Below are positions 38,970 through 49,258 of a DNA stretch of 64,000 bases, in pieces. The number at the start of each line of letters is the position of its first letter. Position 1 is the stretch's first letter. The notes beneath the pieces were generated by a model, which was given only the letters and a program-made list of their open reading frames with translations, did not search any database and had not been told where the DNA came from. The translations under genes were made by a program, and so were the position numbers. Origin of the DNA: a virus; the IMG/VR virus record IMGVR_UViG_3300035661_000010; one strand, written 5' to 3'.

Positions 38970-40259
38970 ATGAGCAAGGAAACGAGACCTGAAGGCGGAG
39001 CCACGCATGTCATCGACGCTGTTCCCAAGAAGTCCATGCGCGAGTTCATTGTGAAGGAGCTCGAAGACGACCGTCTGCCCGAGCAGTACCAGTTGGGTAG
39101 CAAGTCGGCACACCGCATCGAGTCCTATGAGAACCCAGGCAGTCTCTCGAAGGAGGACCTGATCGCGTTTGCAGAGAACTTGCGACGCGTCACAGGGGAT
39201 GTCGTTCACGAAGACGGGAAGATCCTGGATGTCCTGTACAAGTGGGTCGACCAGTCTATCGAGAGCGCGGAGATCGCACGCGACTCCTTGAACTCCACGC
39301 TTCGTCTCGTGAAAGGATGGGAGGAGAACATCGAGGCCGAGAAGGATTGCAAGAAGAAGATTGCGATGCTCAACGAGTACAGAGACCTCCTGACGGGAGG
39401 TAGCAATGCAGCAGAGGCTCGCATCGCCATCGGACTTGCTACGTACATCTCGACTCCAGATGGACAGTCATCGGCGATCGGTCTCGCTCGGTGGGCGGCC
39501 AACGGCTTCCCGCAGATCACCATGGGTCACAAGTACGCAGCGGCGCTCCTGGTGACGAACGTGACGGAAGAGGCGGTCGACTCCGCGCGACCTCCCTGGG
39601 ACGGGTTCGTGATCGAAGTGCCACCAGGATTGTTGCCCATCTGGCACCCCGAGCACGACCGGCACTATGACGTGAAGCGCATCATTGTCTCCCAGCACGC
39701 GAACCATCACACGAACGGCGAGAAGGCATGGATGTACGTCGCGATGACGGAGACGACCATGAACATGTGGCGCTTCGGCGTCAGCTCGCGCGAGCTGCTC
39801 CCGCCCATCGTCGCTGATGACAGGATGGAGAACTACCCGGCACTGATGCCGATGAGCGGCTCTGACAAGAGGGTTTCCTCGCTCATCGGTCGGCTGGTCA
39901 TCAATGTCTGTCTCGCGATGAGTGATCCGAGCAACGTGACGGAAGTCGGTCCGAACCACAGGGCGTACCGCCAGTCGGCGAGCCAGCGCACCACGCCAGA
40001 ACCTCTCCTACGAACGTTCCAGGTCGGCAAGCCCATCAAGCTCGACTTCCGCGATCGCGTGAAGGAATACGTGCTGCATGGAGATCGGGCCAAGAGCAGC
40101 ATCAACGTGCAGAGCCTCGTGTGCGGCCACTTCAAGATGCAGCCACACGGGCCCAAGAACACGCTTCGGAAGTTGATCTGGAGGCAACCGTTCTGGAGAG
40201 GGCCAGAGGACGCGCCGATCCTCGTGCGCCCTCATGAGATCGAAAAGGAGGAGGCATGA
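38970..40259 (+). CDS. conserved phage hypothetical protein
   Basis: C-terminal VCGHFKMQPHG...RKLIWRQPFWRG resembles a motif I recall from uncharacterised phage proteins. Confidence 0.7.
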   Translation: MSKETRPEGGATHVIDAVPKKSMREFIVKELEDDRLPEQYQLGSKSAHRIESYENPGSLSKEDLIAFAENLRRVTGDVVHEDGKILDVLYKWVDQSIESAEIARDSLNSTLRLVKGWEENIEAEKDCKKKIAMLNEYRDLLTGGSNAAEARIAIGLATYISTPDGQSSAIGLARWAANGFPQITMGHKYAAALLVTNVTEEAVDSARPPWDGFVIEVPPGLLPIWHPEHDRHYDVKRIIVSQHANHHTNGEKAWMYVAMTETTMNMWRFGVSSRELLPPIVADDRMENYPALMPMSGSDKRVSSLIGRLVINVCLAMSDPSNVTEVGPNHRAYRQSASQRTTPEPLLRTFQVGKPIKLDFRDRVKEYVLHGDRAKSSINVQSLVCGHFKMQPHGPKNTLRKLIWRQPFWRGPEDAPILVRPHEIEKEEA

Positions 40260-40503
40260 TTCCCTGTCGGTTCGAGGATCGTGGCGGCAAGAAGTACGAG
40301 GTACCCATCGATTGGACGTGGTCGCTTTCTGACCCAGGAACACTGAAGGCAGCTCTGAAGTGGGTGATAGGAGTCGATCCACTGAAACTCGAGTTCATGA
40401 AGATCGAAGCCTTGTGTCCACAGTGCAAGGAACCGGTACCGATCGTAGGCATCACGCACGTTGGCTGCCTCTCGTGTGGATGGCAGCAGAATCCGGAGAG
40501 GCC

Positions 40504-40842
40504 ATGAGGACGGGAACCATGATGGCGCTGTTCGCGATTGCCATCGTCGCATTCCTGGCGCCACTGGTCATAGAAGACGTTCGTATGCATCGAGAGCTGG
40601 ACGATGCAGAAGCCAAGCTCGTGACGATGCGAGCCAAGGTCGCCGAGCAGAAGAAGATCCTCGATGAGCAGTCGGAAGCCGTTCGAGTCGAACAGGACAG
40701 GGTGCAGGCAGAACTAGATCGCACCAATGCAGAGAACGCGCTTTTCGAACGAAGCCTCGAAGAGGCTCATCTTCGTAAGCTTGCGTGGGATCTTGAGCGC
40801 GGGATGCGCGAATGGGAGAAGACGCGAGACGGAGGACGGTGA
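40504..40842 (+). CDS. membrane-anchored coiled-coil protein
   Basis: N-terminal transmembrane segment followed by heptad repeats. Confidence 0.55.
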   Translation: MRTGTMMALFAIAIVAFLAPLVIEDVRMHRELDDAEAKLVTMRAKVAEQKKILDEQSEAVRVEQDRVQAELDRTNAENALFERSLEEAHLRKLAWDLERGMREWEKTRDGGR

Positions 40843-41522
40843 TGAAGAAGAAGGACCCGACATTGAAAGACGACAGTCCGGTCACCGACAAGCGGCTCGA
40901 CCTGATCATCGAGAACCCCATCGCAGCAGGACTCTCTGGTCTGCTACTGGCTCGTGAGATGAAGCGAGAGCGCGCACTGCTCAAGGCAGCAAAGGGAGTG
41001 GTTGCAGCGGCCGACTGGTACATCACGCTCGGCACGGATGCCAAGAAGCGAGACCTCGTACTCGCTCTGGAGGAGTACCGAAAAGCAGAGACCGTACATG
41101 CTGAAGGAAACAGGAGAGGACGATGAGCGCTCGGCACTCGAGTACTGACTGGAACCCGCGATACGTTTCGTACGCAAATGCTTGCGGGCACACGCCAGAA
41201 GAGCAGCTCGAAGAGGACCGCAGACGTTGGCCAGGAGGCGTCAACGCTGGATTCATGATCTGGATCGATCAAGGTATGCTTGCGTTTCTTGAACTCCGAA
41301 AGGACGTGGATAGAGACGTGATGTCAGAAAAAGACCATGCAGACTTCAGCACGTTCTTGTCTCAGTGGAAGGTCTGCACATGTTCGTGAAGCGAAAGCCG
41401 ATCGACAACAGCGCCAGCTTTCCAGAGCAAGTGCTCGTTGTTGCTTTGATCCTTCCGCCATACGTACTGATGAAGGGTCTGGCTTGGTTGTGGACGACGT
41501 ACGAAGAGAAAAGGAGAGGGAC

Positions 41523-42794
41523 ATGACGAAGAAGAAGGGTGAAGAGACGTACGAGGAGTGGCTGAAGCGCGTTGCTTCGGGAAACGGATCGACGTGGGAT
41601 CTCAGTGTGGAGAAGACAAGGGACCTTGCCTCGAAGGTGCTCTCGCTTCAGGCCAAGGTCGCCGAGCTCGAAAAGCTCCAGAATGGCTTGGTCACGTACG
41701 GCAACAAGTCTCGTGATCGGCGATGGCAGCTCGAGGACCAGGTCATGATCCTCGCAAACACGCTCGGAGCTATGCTCGTGAAGCTCGGCGTCGTAGTGAA
41801 CGACGTATCGTTCAACGGTCCGCAGCTGGTTGACATGGCTCGCGGCTACATCGACTCGATGGACCAGATGCCTCGTGGTGCCGGAAACGATCATGGGATG
41901 ACGCTCGACGAGCTCGTTGGAGTAGCAGAGTGCGTCGAGCAAGCTGCACCGTTCGACATCAACGGTCAGCCTCCGCACCCGCTCACGAGCCCGCACTACG
42001 AGGACTTGATGAAGTGCCGCGCCGTGCTCGATGAGATCGGCAAGATCGTCATCAAGGCCGATGCGAATCGACACGCATCGCTTGTGGACAACGTGCGCAT
42101 GATCGCAGGGCAACGAGACGACCGCGGAGCTGAGACCGTGGCTCTCGGTGCGCAGATCGATCGCCTGACCACTGAGCTGGAGAAGGCGCGTTCCGGATGC
42201 GCTCACTCGCCAGACGTCGACAAGAACACAGCTCTGATCGAAGCGCAGAAGGTCATCAACGATGCGAACAACGCGCTCATGGGGTGGAACCAAGATCCGC
42301 ACCACCAGGCAACGGCCCACCATGACACGCTCGACAAGGAGTACATGCGCGTGTGCCGCATGGTGCAGAAGGCGCATGACATCCTGTCCGGATACGTCAT
42401 GCGACGATTCGAAGGTGGGTCACCGCCCTTGGTTGCGATGCAGAACGGCGATACGCCAAAGCTTCCGATTGACCTGCCTTGTGGACGCTGCGGTGATACG
42501 CGCATCGATCCGGAGAACGATGGGCCGTGTGGAGAGTGCCGTAGCTATCCGCCACACCAGCGACGTCTTCTCGATATGATCACCGGATGGGGGCAGTACA
42601 TAGAGAAGTGCCTGGAGAACCGACGCGACATCCTTGCTCGTGATGGAACGTACGATGCGGAGTCGGAAAAGCTCCGTGACCTGTACCAGCTCGCAGGAAG
42701 TAGCTCGAACATGGACCAGTCGAAGGTCACCGGGCTCGTCATGTTTCAGGTGCTCCAGCTCTTGCTCAACGGGATCGAGCAGAAGAAGGCGTAA
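41523..42794 (+). CDS. hypothetical coiled-coil protein with a Zn motif
   Basis: AGGAG RBS; CGRCG...CGEC. Confidence 0.65.
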   Translation: MTKKKGEETYEEWLKRVASGNGSTWDLSVEKTRDLASKVLSLQAKVAELEKLQNGLVTYGNKSRDRRWQLEDQVMILANTLGAMLVKLGVVVNDVSFNGPQLVDMARGYIDSMDQMPRGAGNDHGMTLDELVGVAECVEQAAPFDINGQPPHPLTSPHYEDLMKCRAVLDEIGKIVIKADANRHASLVDNVRMIAGQRDDRGAETVALGAQIDRLTTELEKARSGCAHSPDVDKNTALIEAQKVINDANNALMGWNQDPHHQATAHHDTLDKEYMRVCRMVQKAHDILSGYVMRRFEGGSPPLVAMQNGDTPKLPIDLPCGRCGDTRIDPENDGPCGECRSYPPHQRRLLDMITGWGQYIEKCLENRRDILARDGTYDAESEKLRDLYQLAGSSSNMDQSKVTGLVMFQVLQLLLNGIEQKKA

Positions 42795-43435
42795 CGAAGA
42801 TGGCGACGACGAAGAAGAACAGGAAGCCGAAGGCGAAACCTAGGACGAAGCCCGAGACGAAGCCTGAGGCCAAGTGGATCGATCCCAACGCCTGGGTCCT
42901 GATCAAGAAGGGCGACAAGTACCTGACCGGCTTCTCGGTAGAGGACCGGGTGGACTCCATGTCACCAGCGCCTCCGACCTGGGGCGGCGAAGAGGACGGT
43001 GTCGAATACAGGGCCGAGCAGGGTGTTCCGCTGGCCAAGTCTCTTGGTGCTGTGGCCGTGGAGGCGGAGTGAACATGGGCAACGCAAAGAAGATCGATGA
43101 CCACGTCCTCCATGGTGTGCGACAGGTGATGGTGAATTGGTGAAGCTATCGCTTCTGGAACCCGTGCTTAGCTGGTCGCCGAGCCAGACGAGCTACACGC
43201 ACCAGCTTTCGTTCAACTGCCCAACGTGCGGACCTCCGTACAAGATCCTGGTGAACGTGGTTCTCGGCAACGACCTGTCGAAACGACCCGACGCAGCATG
43301 GCTGCTTACGTTCGGAAACCCAACAGACTGGAACTCGGCGTCGGTGGTCCCATCGATCGTGAACCACAACCATGGACGGAAGAAGAAGTGCTCGTTCCAC
43401 GGGACGATCACAAGCGGAGAGGTCACGTTCGAGAC

Positions 43436-43933
43436 ATGAAGATCCTCAGCGTCAGGCAGCCGTGGACGTGGGCCCTGGTCTACGCGGGCAAGGACATCGA
43501 AAACCGTACCTGGTACGCGGACTACCGCGGTCCAGTAGCTCTGCACGCGGGCAAGACGATGACCAAAGACTCGGTGCGCCAAGCCATGTTCACGTTCAAC
43601 ATGGCCGAAGTGGGCCACTTCCACGTTTCGAAGTGCGAAAGGGGCGGCATCATCGGCTGGGCTCAGATCACGGGATGCCAGAAGAACGGAGCGCCTGGAT
43701 CTCGAAAAAGTGTGTGGGCGGTCGCTGGATGTTACGGTTTCCATATCGAGAGACCGAAGCCACTGCCGTTCATAGAAACGCTCGGCAGCCTCGGTCTCTG
43801 CGAGCTCTCGAAAGAGAGGTTCGGTGAGATGGTAAGGGAGGAGGAAGAGCGCCGATGTCGGAGCCCGTTGATGAGACCACCGTTCACGAGCATGGAGCTG
43901 GCTCAGATCCAGAATGTGATGGCGGCGTTCTAG
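43436..43933 (+). CDS. ASCH domain protein
   Basis: LSVRQPWTWALVYAGKDIENRTW...YRGPVALHAG and GGIIG. Confidence 0.88.
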   Translation: MKILSVRQPWTWALVYAGKDIENRTWYADYRGPVALHAGKTMTKDSVRQAMFTFNMAEVGHFHVSKCERGGIIGWAQITGCQKNGAPGSRKSVWAVAGCYGFHIERPKPLPFIETLGSLGLCELSKERFGEMVREEEERRCRSPLMRPPFTSMELAQIQNVMAAF

Positions 43934-44563
43934 GAGAACTGTACTCGTCGCCTGGAGACATCGGAGAGCACCTCGCTGATTTGTATCAGCCGCCCCCGAC
44001 AGCGGTCCGCAAGTACAACATCGGGTCGGTCGTCGAAACGCCATTCGGAGAGACGGTGTACGACCATCATGCTGCGCACTATCGCCGCGGGTGCGAGGGG
44101 TGCGACGTTCTCTGCGTGCGCGACCAGAACAGAATCGAGTCAGGGTCCACGAACCCATCTCCGCAAGCACTTGCGAAGCAGGGTGCGGAGCCAGATCCCA
44201 GGTGGAGCACGCGACGATCTCCCATGGTCACCATGGTGACGTTGGCAACGGTCGCTCTCGCTGTTGGCGCCCTCATCGGTGCGAAAAAGCTATGAGCGAA
44301 GACGACATCCCGACGTGCCCGAGCTTCCGTCCATGCGAGCACAAGGAATGGAGCGAGTACTGGTGTAAGAACTGCGGCATCCTGAGAAAGGCGTGGTTCT
44401 CGCCAGAGGCCGACGAGAAGTATCCGATCGGCTTCATGTCGCCGTTCCAGAACGAAAAGACATGCTACCTACGCATCAGCGAAGCGGAGGACATGGTCGA
44501 AGCTCTCCAGAAGGCGGTCGCAGAGGCGAAAGCAGCCGAAGAGCGCAAGAAACAGAGCCTCCC

Positions 44564-44890
44564 ATGACAGCGTCTGCCGTCCTGAGTCAGTCTATCGGAG
44601 TTGCCATCGCAGAGCAGCCGATCATCCGCACCGAAGGTCCTCCAGCGAGGTTCGGAGGAGCGAAGGTGGTCGGCTGCTTTCTTTTTGTGGCGCTACCAGG
44701 CGGCCGCTACGAGGTCTGGAACTCGGTCATCAGGGCGACCTTCTGGACGTACAGCTCCAGTTGGGACGAGCTGGAGAGGGAGTACCTTCGGCAGTCGGAG
44801 TCGTGGATGAAGAAGGCCGAGAACAAGAAGGTGCAGGGCTCGGCTTGGAGGAAGAACAACTTTGGTCCACCGAAGCAGGCTGCCGAGTAG
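44564..44890 (+). CDS. hypothetical protein
   Basis: ATGA-coupled ORF. Confidence 0.45.
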   Translation: MTASAVLSQSIGVAIAEQPIIRTEGPPARFGGAKVVGCFLFVALPGGRYEVWNSVIRATFWTYSSSWDELEREYLRQSESWMKKAENKKVQGSAWRKNNFGPPKQAAE

Positions 44891-44895
44891 CCGTT

Positions 44896-45321
44896 ATGAC
44901 CATCCTCGCCTCAGAAGACAGGGTCCAGGTCCTGTACCTCGAAGACGACAAAGACGCGCGCGAGCTCGTTGTCGAAGTGCTCGAGAAAGAGGGCTACGAC
45001 GTCTGGATCGCCAACGACGTCGGTGCTGCGCTCGGGCTCCTCGCTAATGAATGGAAGCCGGATCTGATCTTGATGGATCAGGGCATGCCGTACCTGGTCG
45101 AATTCGGCATACACATGGAGAGGATCGAACAAGAGGCCCGCCGCCGCATCCCGACCATCGTGCTCGAAGTGTTTCCGAACAAGGTGACGCGAGTCGAGTC
45201 AGATGGCCGCGTTCAGAAGCCGTTTCGGATGGCCATGTTGCTCATGGAGATCGAACGAGTCTTCAGAGACGCGAAAGCTGGCGCTGTCACGGTACGGCCG
45301 AGTACATTGAAATCAACCTGA
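44896..45321 (+). CDS. stand-alone response-regulator receiver (CheY-like) domain
   Basis: VLYLEDD, EGYDV, PDLILMDQGMP and VQKPF. Confidence 0.85.
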   Translation: MTILASEDRVQVLYLEDDKDARELVVEVLEKEGYDVWIANDVGAALGLLANEWKPDLILMDQGMPYLVEFGIHMERIEQEARRRIPTIVLEVFPNKVTRVESDGRVQKPFRMAMLLMEIERVFRDAKAGAVTVRPSTLKST

Positions 45322-45495
45322 GGCGAGTCATGAAGAAGTTCTTGTGAATATGCATCCAGCCTGATCCTGGTCATCGGTGCGCTCTTCGGGTGCCCGCCAC
45401 GACCCAGGTACGTTGACGGAGTCGGCTGGTGGCCACGCCAGGTAGACGAAGAGGAAGGTTGGGTGATCGACCTGATCCACGAGTAGTCGCAGCAT

Positions 45496-45569
45496 CCGTG
45501 CTTAGCTCAGTTGGAAGAGCAGCCGAACTTCAAGTCGGTCTGTCACGGGTTCGAGTCCCGTAGCGCGGT
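45496..45569 (+). tRNA. atypical tRNA with an 8-nt anticodon loop (ACUUCAAG, containing U-UCA)
   Basis: Acceptor CCGTGCT/AGCGCGG, D-arm GCTC-AGTTGGAA-GAGC, anticodon stem GCCGA/TCGGT, T-arm ACGGG-TTCGAGT-CCCGT; no encoded CCA. Confidence 0.85.
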
Positions 45570-45585
45570 CGAAGGAGAAAGCATC

Positions 45586-45843
45586 ATGTCGATAAAAGAG
45601 TTACGCGAGTCGGCGGAGAAGGTTCTTCAAGAGAGCCTGAAGACGGAGGCGCCTGGTCGTGGGCCCAAAGGCAGAGACAGCCACGATTACGAAGAAGTCG
45701 TCGACCAGTTTCGTGACGCCATCGTTCGTGTGGCGAACGAGGTCGCGAGGGACTATGGACAAGGTTCGTTTTCGAAGCAGAGTCTTCCTCACCTCACCGA
45801 GTTGTGTGAGTTCATCGCAACCAAGTGCGTCCAGGGTTCGTAG
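45586..45843 (+). CDS. small protein with shared N-terminal leader (internal head protein candidate)
   Basis: AAGGAG RBS; begins MSIKELRESAEKVLQES. Confidence 0.6.
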   Translation: MSIKELRESAEKVLQESLKTEAPGRGPKGRDSHDYEEVVDQFRDAIVRVANEVARDYGQGSFSKQSLPHLTELCEFIATKCVQGS

Positions 45844-45896
45844 AAAAGGTTCGCCTGCTCTACGCGGCAACGAAGTCGCAGAAGGCAGAAGGCATC

Positions 45897-46286
45897 ATGG
45901 AAAGAGCGTTCAAGATCGGTTGCAGGGTCATCTTCTTCGACAGCCACCGAAAGGCACACGAGGCGATCGTCACGAACTGGTTCCACGGAGGACCGGACGG
46001 ACAGACCGTCAAGGAGCTTCAGGACATCCACGACAAGCGGAACGCGGCGAACCCGCCCGAACGCCGCTGGCCGATGAACATGCCCTGCTGCAACGTCGTG
46101 TACGTTTCGAGCGACACGTCGGAGACCGACTCCTACGGCCGGCAGATGAAACGCCAGACCTCTTGTTCGTACGGTCGTCAGCAAGGTCCCACGGGTTTCC
46201 TGGGGATGTGCTGGGCCTGGCCGGATGAGGAAGAGGAAGCGAAGGCGCTCGCAGCCAAGTCGTTCGACGAGGCGGTGGCGCGCTAG
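45897..46286 (+). CDS. hypothetical protein
   Basis: IGCRVIFFDSHRKAHEAIVT...NVVYVS...YGRQ. Confidence 0.6.
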   Translation: MERAFKIGCRVIFFDSHRKAHEAIVTNWFHGGPDGQTVKELQDIHDKRNAANPPERRWPMNMPCCNVVYVSSDTSETDSYGRQMKRQTSCSYGRQQGPTGFLGMCWAWPDEEEEAKALAAKSFDEAVAR

Positions 46287-46375
46287 GTCTGACCAGAACC
46301 CAAGCGGAACCTTGAGTGGGACCGTACAGCTTGGTTTCGATGCCGCGTAGAGAAGACGAACCAGAGGAGTCAATC

Positions 46376-46801
46376 ATGTCGTTGAAAGAGCTTCGTGCGA
46401 TGAGCGAGTCTGTGATGGGTGAGAGCCGTCTCGAAGAGGCGTTCCGGTTCACAGCCAACGGCAAAGCGTACGAGGGCTTTGGGAAGGGCAAGCTCACCGC
46501 GCACATGGACGGACCTGTTGTTGGCGAGATTCAGATCGGAAAGGAGACCGTTCGTATTCGTTCTGATTGGCAGCCGGATTCACAGACGGTCGCCGAGTTG
46601 AAGAAAGCGAACCACGGAAAGGTGCCTCAAGAGATCGAGATCACGTTCCATGGACCGAACTTGCCGATGGACAGTCCCAAGAGCGTCAGGGAGCTGGAAG
46701 GGTTCTTGAAGGGAGAGTTCGATCTCTGGGGCGACATGAAGGCGATCAACATCGGCTCCGCCACCATCGAGCGCAACTTCACTGTGACGGTAAAGAAGTG
46801 A
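46376..46801 (+). CDS. protein with shared N-terminal leader (internal head protein candidate)
   Basis: GAGGAG RBS; begins MSLKELRAMSESVMGES. Confidence 0.6.
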   Translation: MSLKELRAMSESVMGESRLEEAFRFTANGKAYEGFGKGKLTAHMDGPVVGEIQIGKETVRIRSDWQPDSQTVAELKKANHGKVPQEIEITFHGPNLPMDSPKSVRELEGFLKGEFDLWGDMKAINIGSATIERNFTVTVKK

Positions 46802-47088
46802 CTCCCGACGAGCTCGCCAAGAAGATGGGACCGTGGGCGAACCAGCTTGTATGGCTACCCGGTGTACCTGGTGGGCTCGGCTCGCTGTGTGAGAGATAAG
46901 GAGCAAGTCATGGACACGAACAAGGTCAAGTACGGCATCATCATCTTCGGCGTGGCGCTCTTTGTCTTCTGTCTCAGCGCTCTCGTCTGGTCCCTGTTCC
47001 GAAAGCCGGTGACCGATGGCCCGATGCCGGAGCCGTGGCCCACCGCTCGAGAAGGCGTGACGGTGACCGAGTCCGATGGGGGTCGTCG

Positions 47089-47301
47089 ATGAGCCTCGCA
47101 GATCTGCGCCGACTCGAAGAGAGCGTGCTGGGTGAAGCCTCGATGAAGGTCGGAGACTGGACGTTTCCGTACAAGAGGCCTAGCGGAACGAAGGCTGCTC
47201 AGATCAAGAAGATCGAGAAGGACATCGCCTACCTGTCCGATGGCAGCTCGATGCACATCAGCTACGCGAAGCCCGTGAAGAAGGGCGACGTGGCTGACTG
47301 A
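47089..47301 (+). CDS. small protein with shared N-terminal leader (internal head protein candidate)
   Basis: Begins MSLADLRRLEESVLGEA; ATGA-coupled. Confidence 0.55.
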   Translation: MSLADLRRLEESVLGEASMKVGDWTFPYKRPSGTKAAQIKKIEKDIAYLSDGSSMHISYAKPVKKGDVAD

Positions 47302-47325
47302 CGTCAGTCGGTGTAGAACTAGAGA

Positions 47326-48123
47326 ATGTCAGTGGCCCCGGTTCTAGGCTCAATCGCGCGAGGTCAGTCACGACCTCGCAAGCATCCGATGATCCGGCAG
47401 TCGCAGAACATCACCATGCGCAAGGTGGAGGCGCTGCCGTGCTTTCTGGAGGTGCGCCGGCGCCTGCGACAGGGAGAGCCAGCGCTCACCCTGGCTCGCG
47501 AGCTTCAGAGCCGAGGCTTCATGACCGATGTCGCACTCGATGCGGTGCGCATAAGGCTCGGAACCTACCGTCGCCTGAAGCTCCAGAACGCGGCTATCAT
47601 CGCTCTGCATGCGCCGAAGTCGGTGCAGGAAAAGTTGAAGGGACTCGAAATGGCCTTGGACGAGCTGGTGGAGATGGAGGAGATGTTCAAGCTCCAGAAG
47701 GAGCGCATCAGGGCCTTCCGCGAGACGGAGAAGGCGATGCCCATCCCGATCAAGCAGATCGACGACAGCATGCGTGTCGCTCTGGAGATCGTCGGCGCCC
47801 ATGCAGAACTGCGCATGGAGCTCGGCGAACTCGATCGCGCACCGACGAAGGTGGATCTGAACGTCGACACCAAGACCATGATGTTGGTGGAGAACCGCTA
47901 CGGCAAAGAGTCGCTTCAGCGCGTGCTCGCCGATCCGAAGAAGCGTTCCAAGGTGGCTGGCATCGTCGAGAAGCTGCTCATGAACCCGCGTCTACAGTCG
48001 AGCGCCCTGTCTGCCCTCGAAGGCATCCACGCTCCCGCAGCGACGGTGGTGTCGGCGGACGATGACGATGTCGTCGATGCTCCGCAAGCGATTGCAGAAC
48101 CGCCAGCGCAGCCAGAGAAGTAA
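47326..48123 (+). CDS. hypothetical helical protein (small-terminase candidate)
   Basis: N-terminal HTH-like segment and a central coiled coil; the function is a guess. Confidence 0.5.
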   Translation: MSVAPVLGSIARGQSRPRKHPMIRQSQNITMRKVEALPCFLEVRRRLRQGEPALTLARELQSRGFMTDVALDAVRIRLGTYRRLKLQNAAIIALHAPKSVQEKLKGLEMALDELVEMEEMFKLQKERIRAFRETEKAMPIPIKQIDDSMRVALEIVGAHAELRMELGELDRAPTKVDLNVDTKTMMLVENRYGKESLQRVLADPKKRSKVAGIVEKLLMNPRLQSSALSALEGIHAPAATVVSADDDDVVDAPQAIAEPPAQPEK

Positions 48124-48181
48124 AGCTACCCGGTATCCGTAGATCACTTGTGACTGTGGCGAAATCGTCCATGCTCGACCC

Positions 48182-48448
48182 ATGGCTGACGACAAGACCA
48201 GGTTCAAGGGGACATCGCTGCCGAAGTCCATGCGGCGTGAGGCGAAAAAGGAGATGAGCCGGCTCGGTGAAGAGCTAGTGGTTCGAGCCGAGATGGCTCG
48301 CATCTGGGCCTCTCTCAACGTCATGGTCGAGCAAAATGTGAATGCAGGCGGCCTCAAGGCCGACAGACAGCTGTTGATGAAGAAGGCTCAGTCCACGTTT
48401 GTGGATGCAGGAGAGCGCCTCTTCGAGCTGCTACGAAAACAAAGCTGA
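48182..48448 (+). CDS. hypothetical protein
   Basis: ORF followed by a terminator. Confidence 0.55.
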   Translation: MADDKTRFKGTSLPKSMRREAKKEMSRLGEELVVRAEMARIWASLNVMVEQNVNAGGLKADRQLLMKKAQSTFVDAGERLFELLRKQS

Positions 48449-48456
48449 TGCACCAG

Positions 48457-48494
48457 ACCCCGCTCGTCCCTTGGGATGCGCGGGGTTTTCTTTT
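48457..48494 (+). terminator. intrinsic terminator
   Basis: ACCCCGC...GCGGGGT stem followed by TTTCTTTT. Confidence 0.8.
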
Positions 48495-48514
48495 GTGCCT
48501 GTTATGGTGCCAGT

Positions 48515-49258
48515 GTGAGCGACGACAAGATCATCAGCCTGACGAAGCGAATCCAGGACAAGAAACTGGAGAAAGCACCTCCGTCCGCTGTGCATACGGA
48601 CAAGGAGGTGGACGACGACAGGCTGCCAAAGGTGCTGACAGGATTTGGTCAGAAGATCGATCTCGTCGAGGAGCGAAAGAAGCGTCGCAAGGAGTCGAAG
48701 ACAGAGATCGTGGGCGAACCAGATGGACGCGTCCGAATCAGCGGTCGCTGCAAAGAGCCGCACTCGGACAACGAGTTTGAGTGGAGGTTCGACGAACAAC
48801 AGCTGCGCGACTTCATCAGCAGGCTGTACCATGCCTCTGAGGTCGCGAAGTACAAGAGGGCGCTCGTGGGTAGGGCCGAGTTTCGGCTGATCATCGCTGG
48901 CTCCAGAAACCTGTCGAGGAACGAGGTCGGCCACCACCTCGTCTCGGACATGCTCAGGGAGTCGGGCTTCGTTCCGACGATGATCCTGTGCGGCGAATGC
49001 AAGGGACCGGACCACTGGGGTGCGGAATGGGCCGCGCAGAGCCACCTCGAAGTGAAGCACTACCCGGTCGCGAAGGGACCGCGTCGCAACTACGTCTTCA
49101 GGAACGAAGCGATGGCCGTCTACGCACACGGACTGCTGGCCATCTGGGATGGTAAAAGCGCTGGAACCAAGGACATGATCGAGCGCGCGATCTCGAAGAA
49201 GCTCCGCACGTTCGTTTACAGAACAGATCTGAAGAAAGGGTACTGGGCACATGAGTGA
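48515..49258 (+). CDS. SLOG/YspA-like (DUF2493) domain protein with N-terminal extension
   Basis: LIIAGSRN, CGECKGPDHWGAEWA, RNEAMA and AIWDGKSAGTKDMIERA. Confidence 0.8.
   Translation: MSDDKIISLTKRIQDKKLEKAPPSAVHTDKEVDDDRLPKVLTGFGQKIDLVEERKKRRKESKTEIVGEPDGRVRISGRCKEPHSDNEFEWRFDEQQLRDFISRLYHASEVAKYKRALVGRAEFRLIIAGSRNLSRNEVGHHLVSDMLRESGFVPTMILCGECKGPDHWGAEWAAQSHLEVKHYPVAKGPRRNYVFRNEAMAVYAHGLLAIWDGKSAGTKDMIERAISKKLRTFVYRTDLKKGYWAHE

Noticed and set aside
45496-45569. tRNA-Sec
   Set aside because: The variable loop is only 5 nt and the acceptor stem is 7 bp, unlike bacterial tRNA-Sec.
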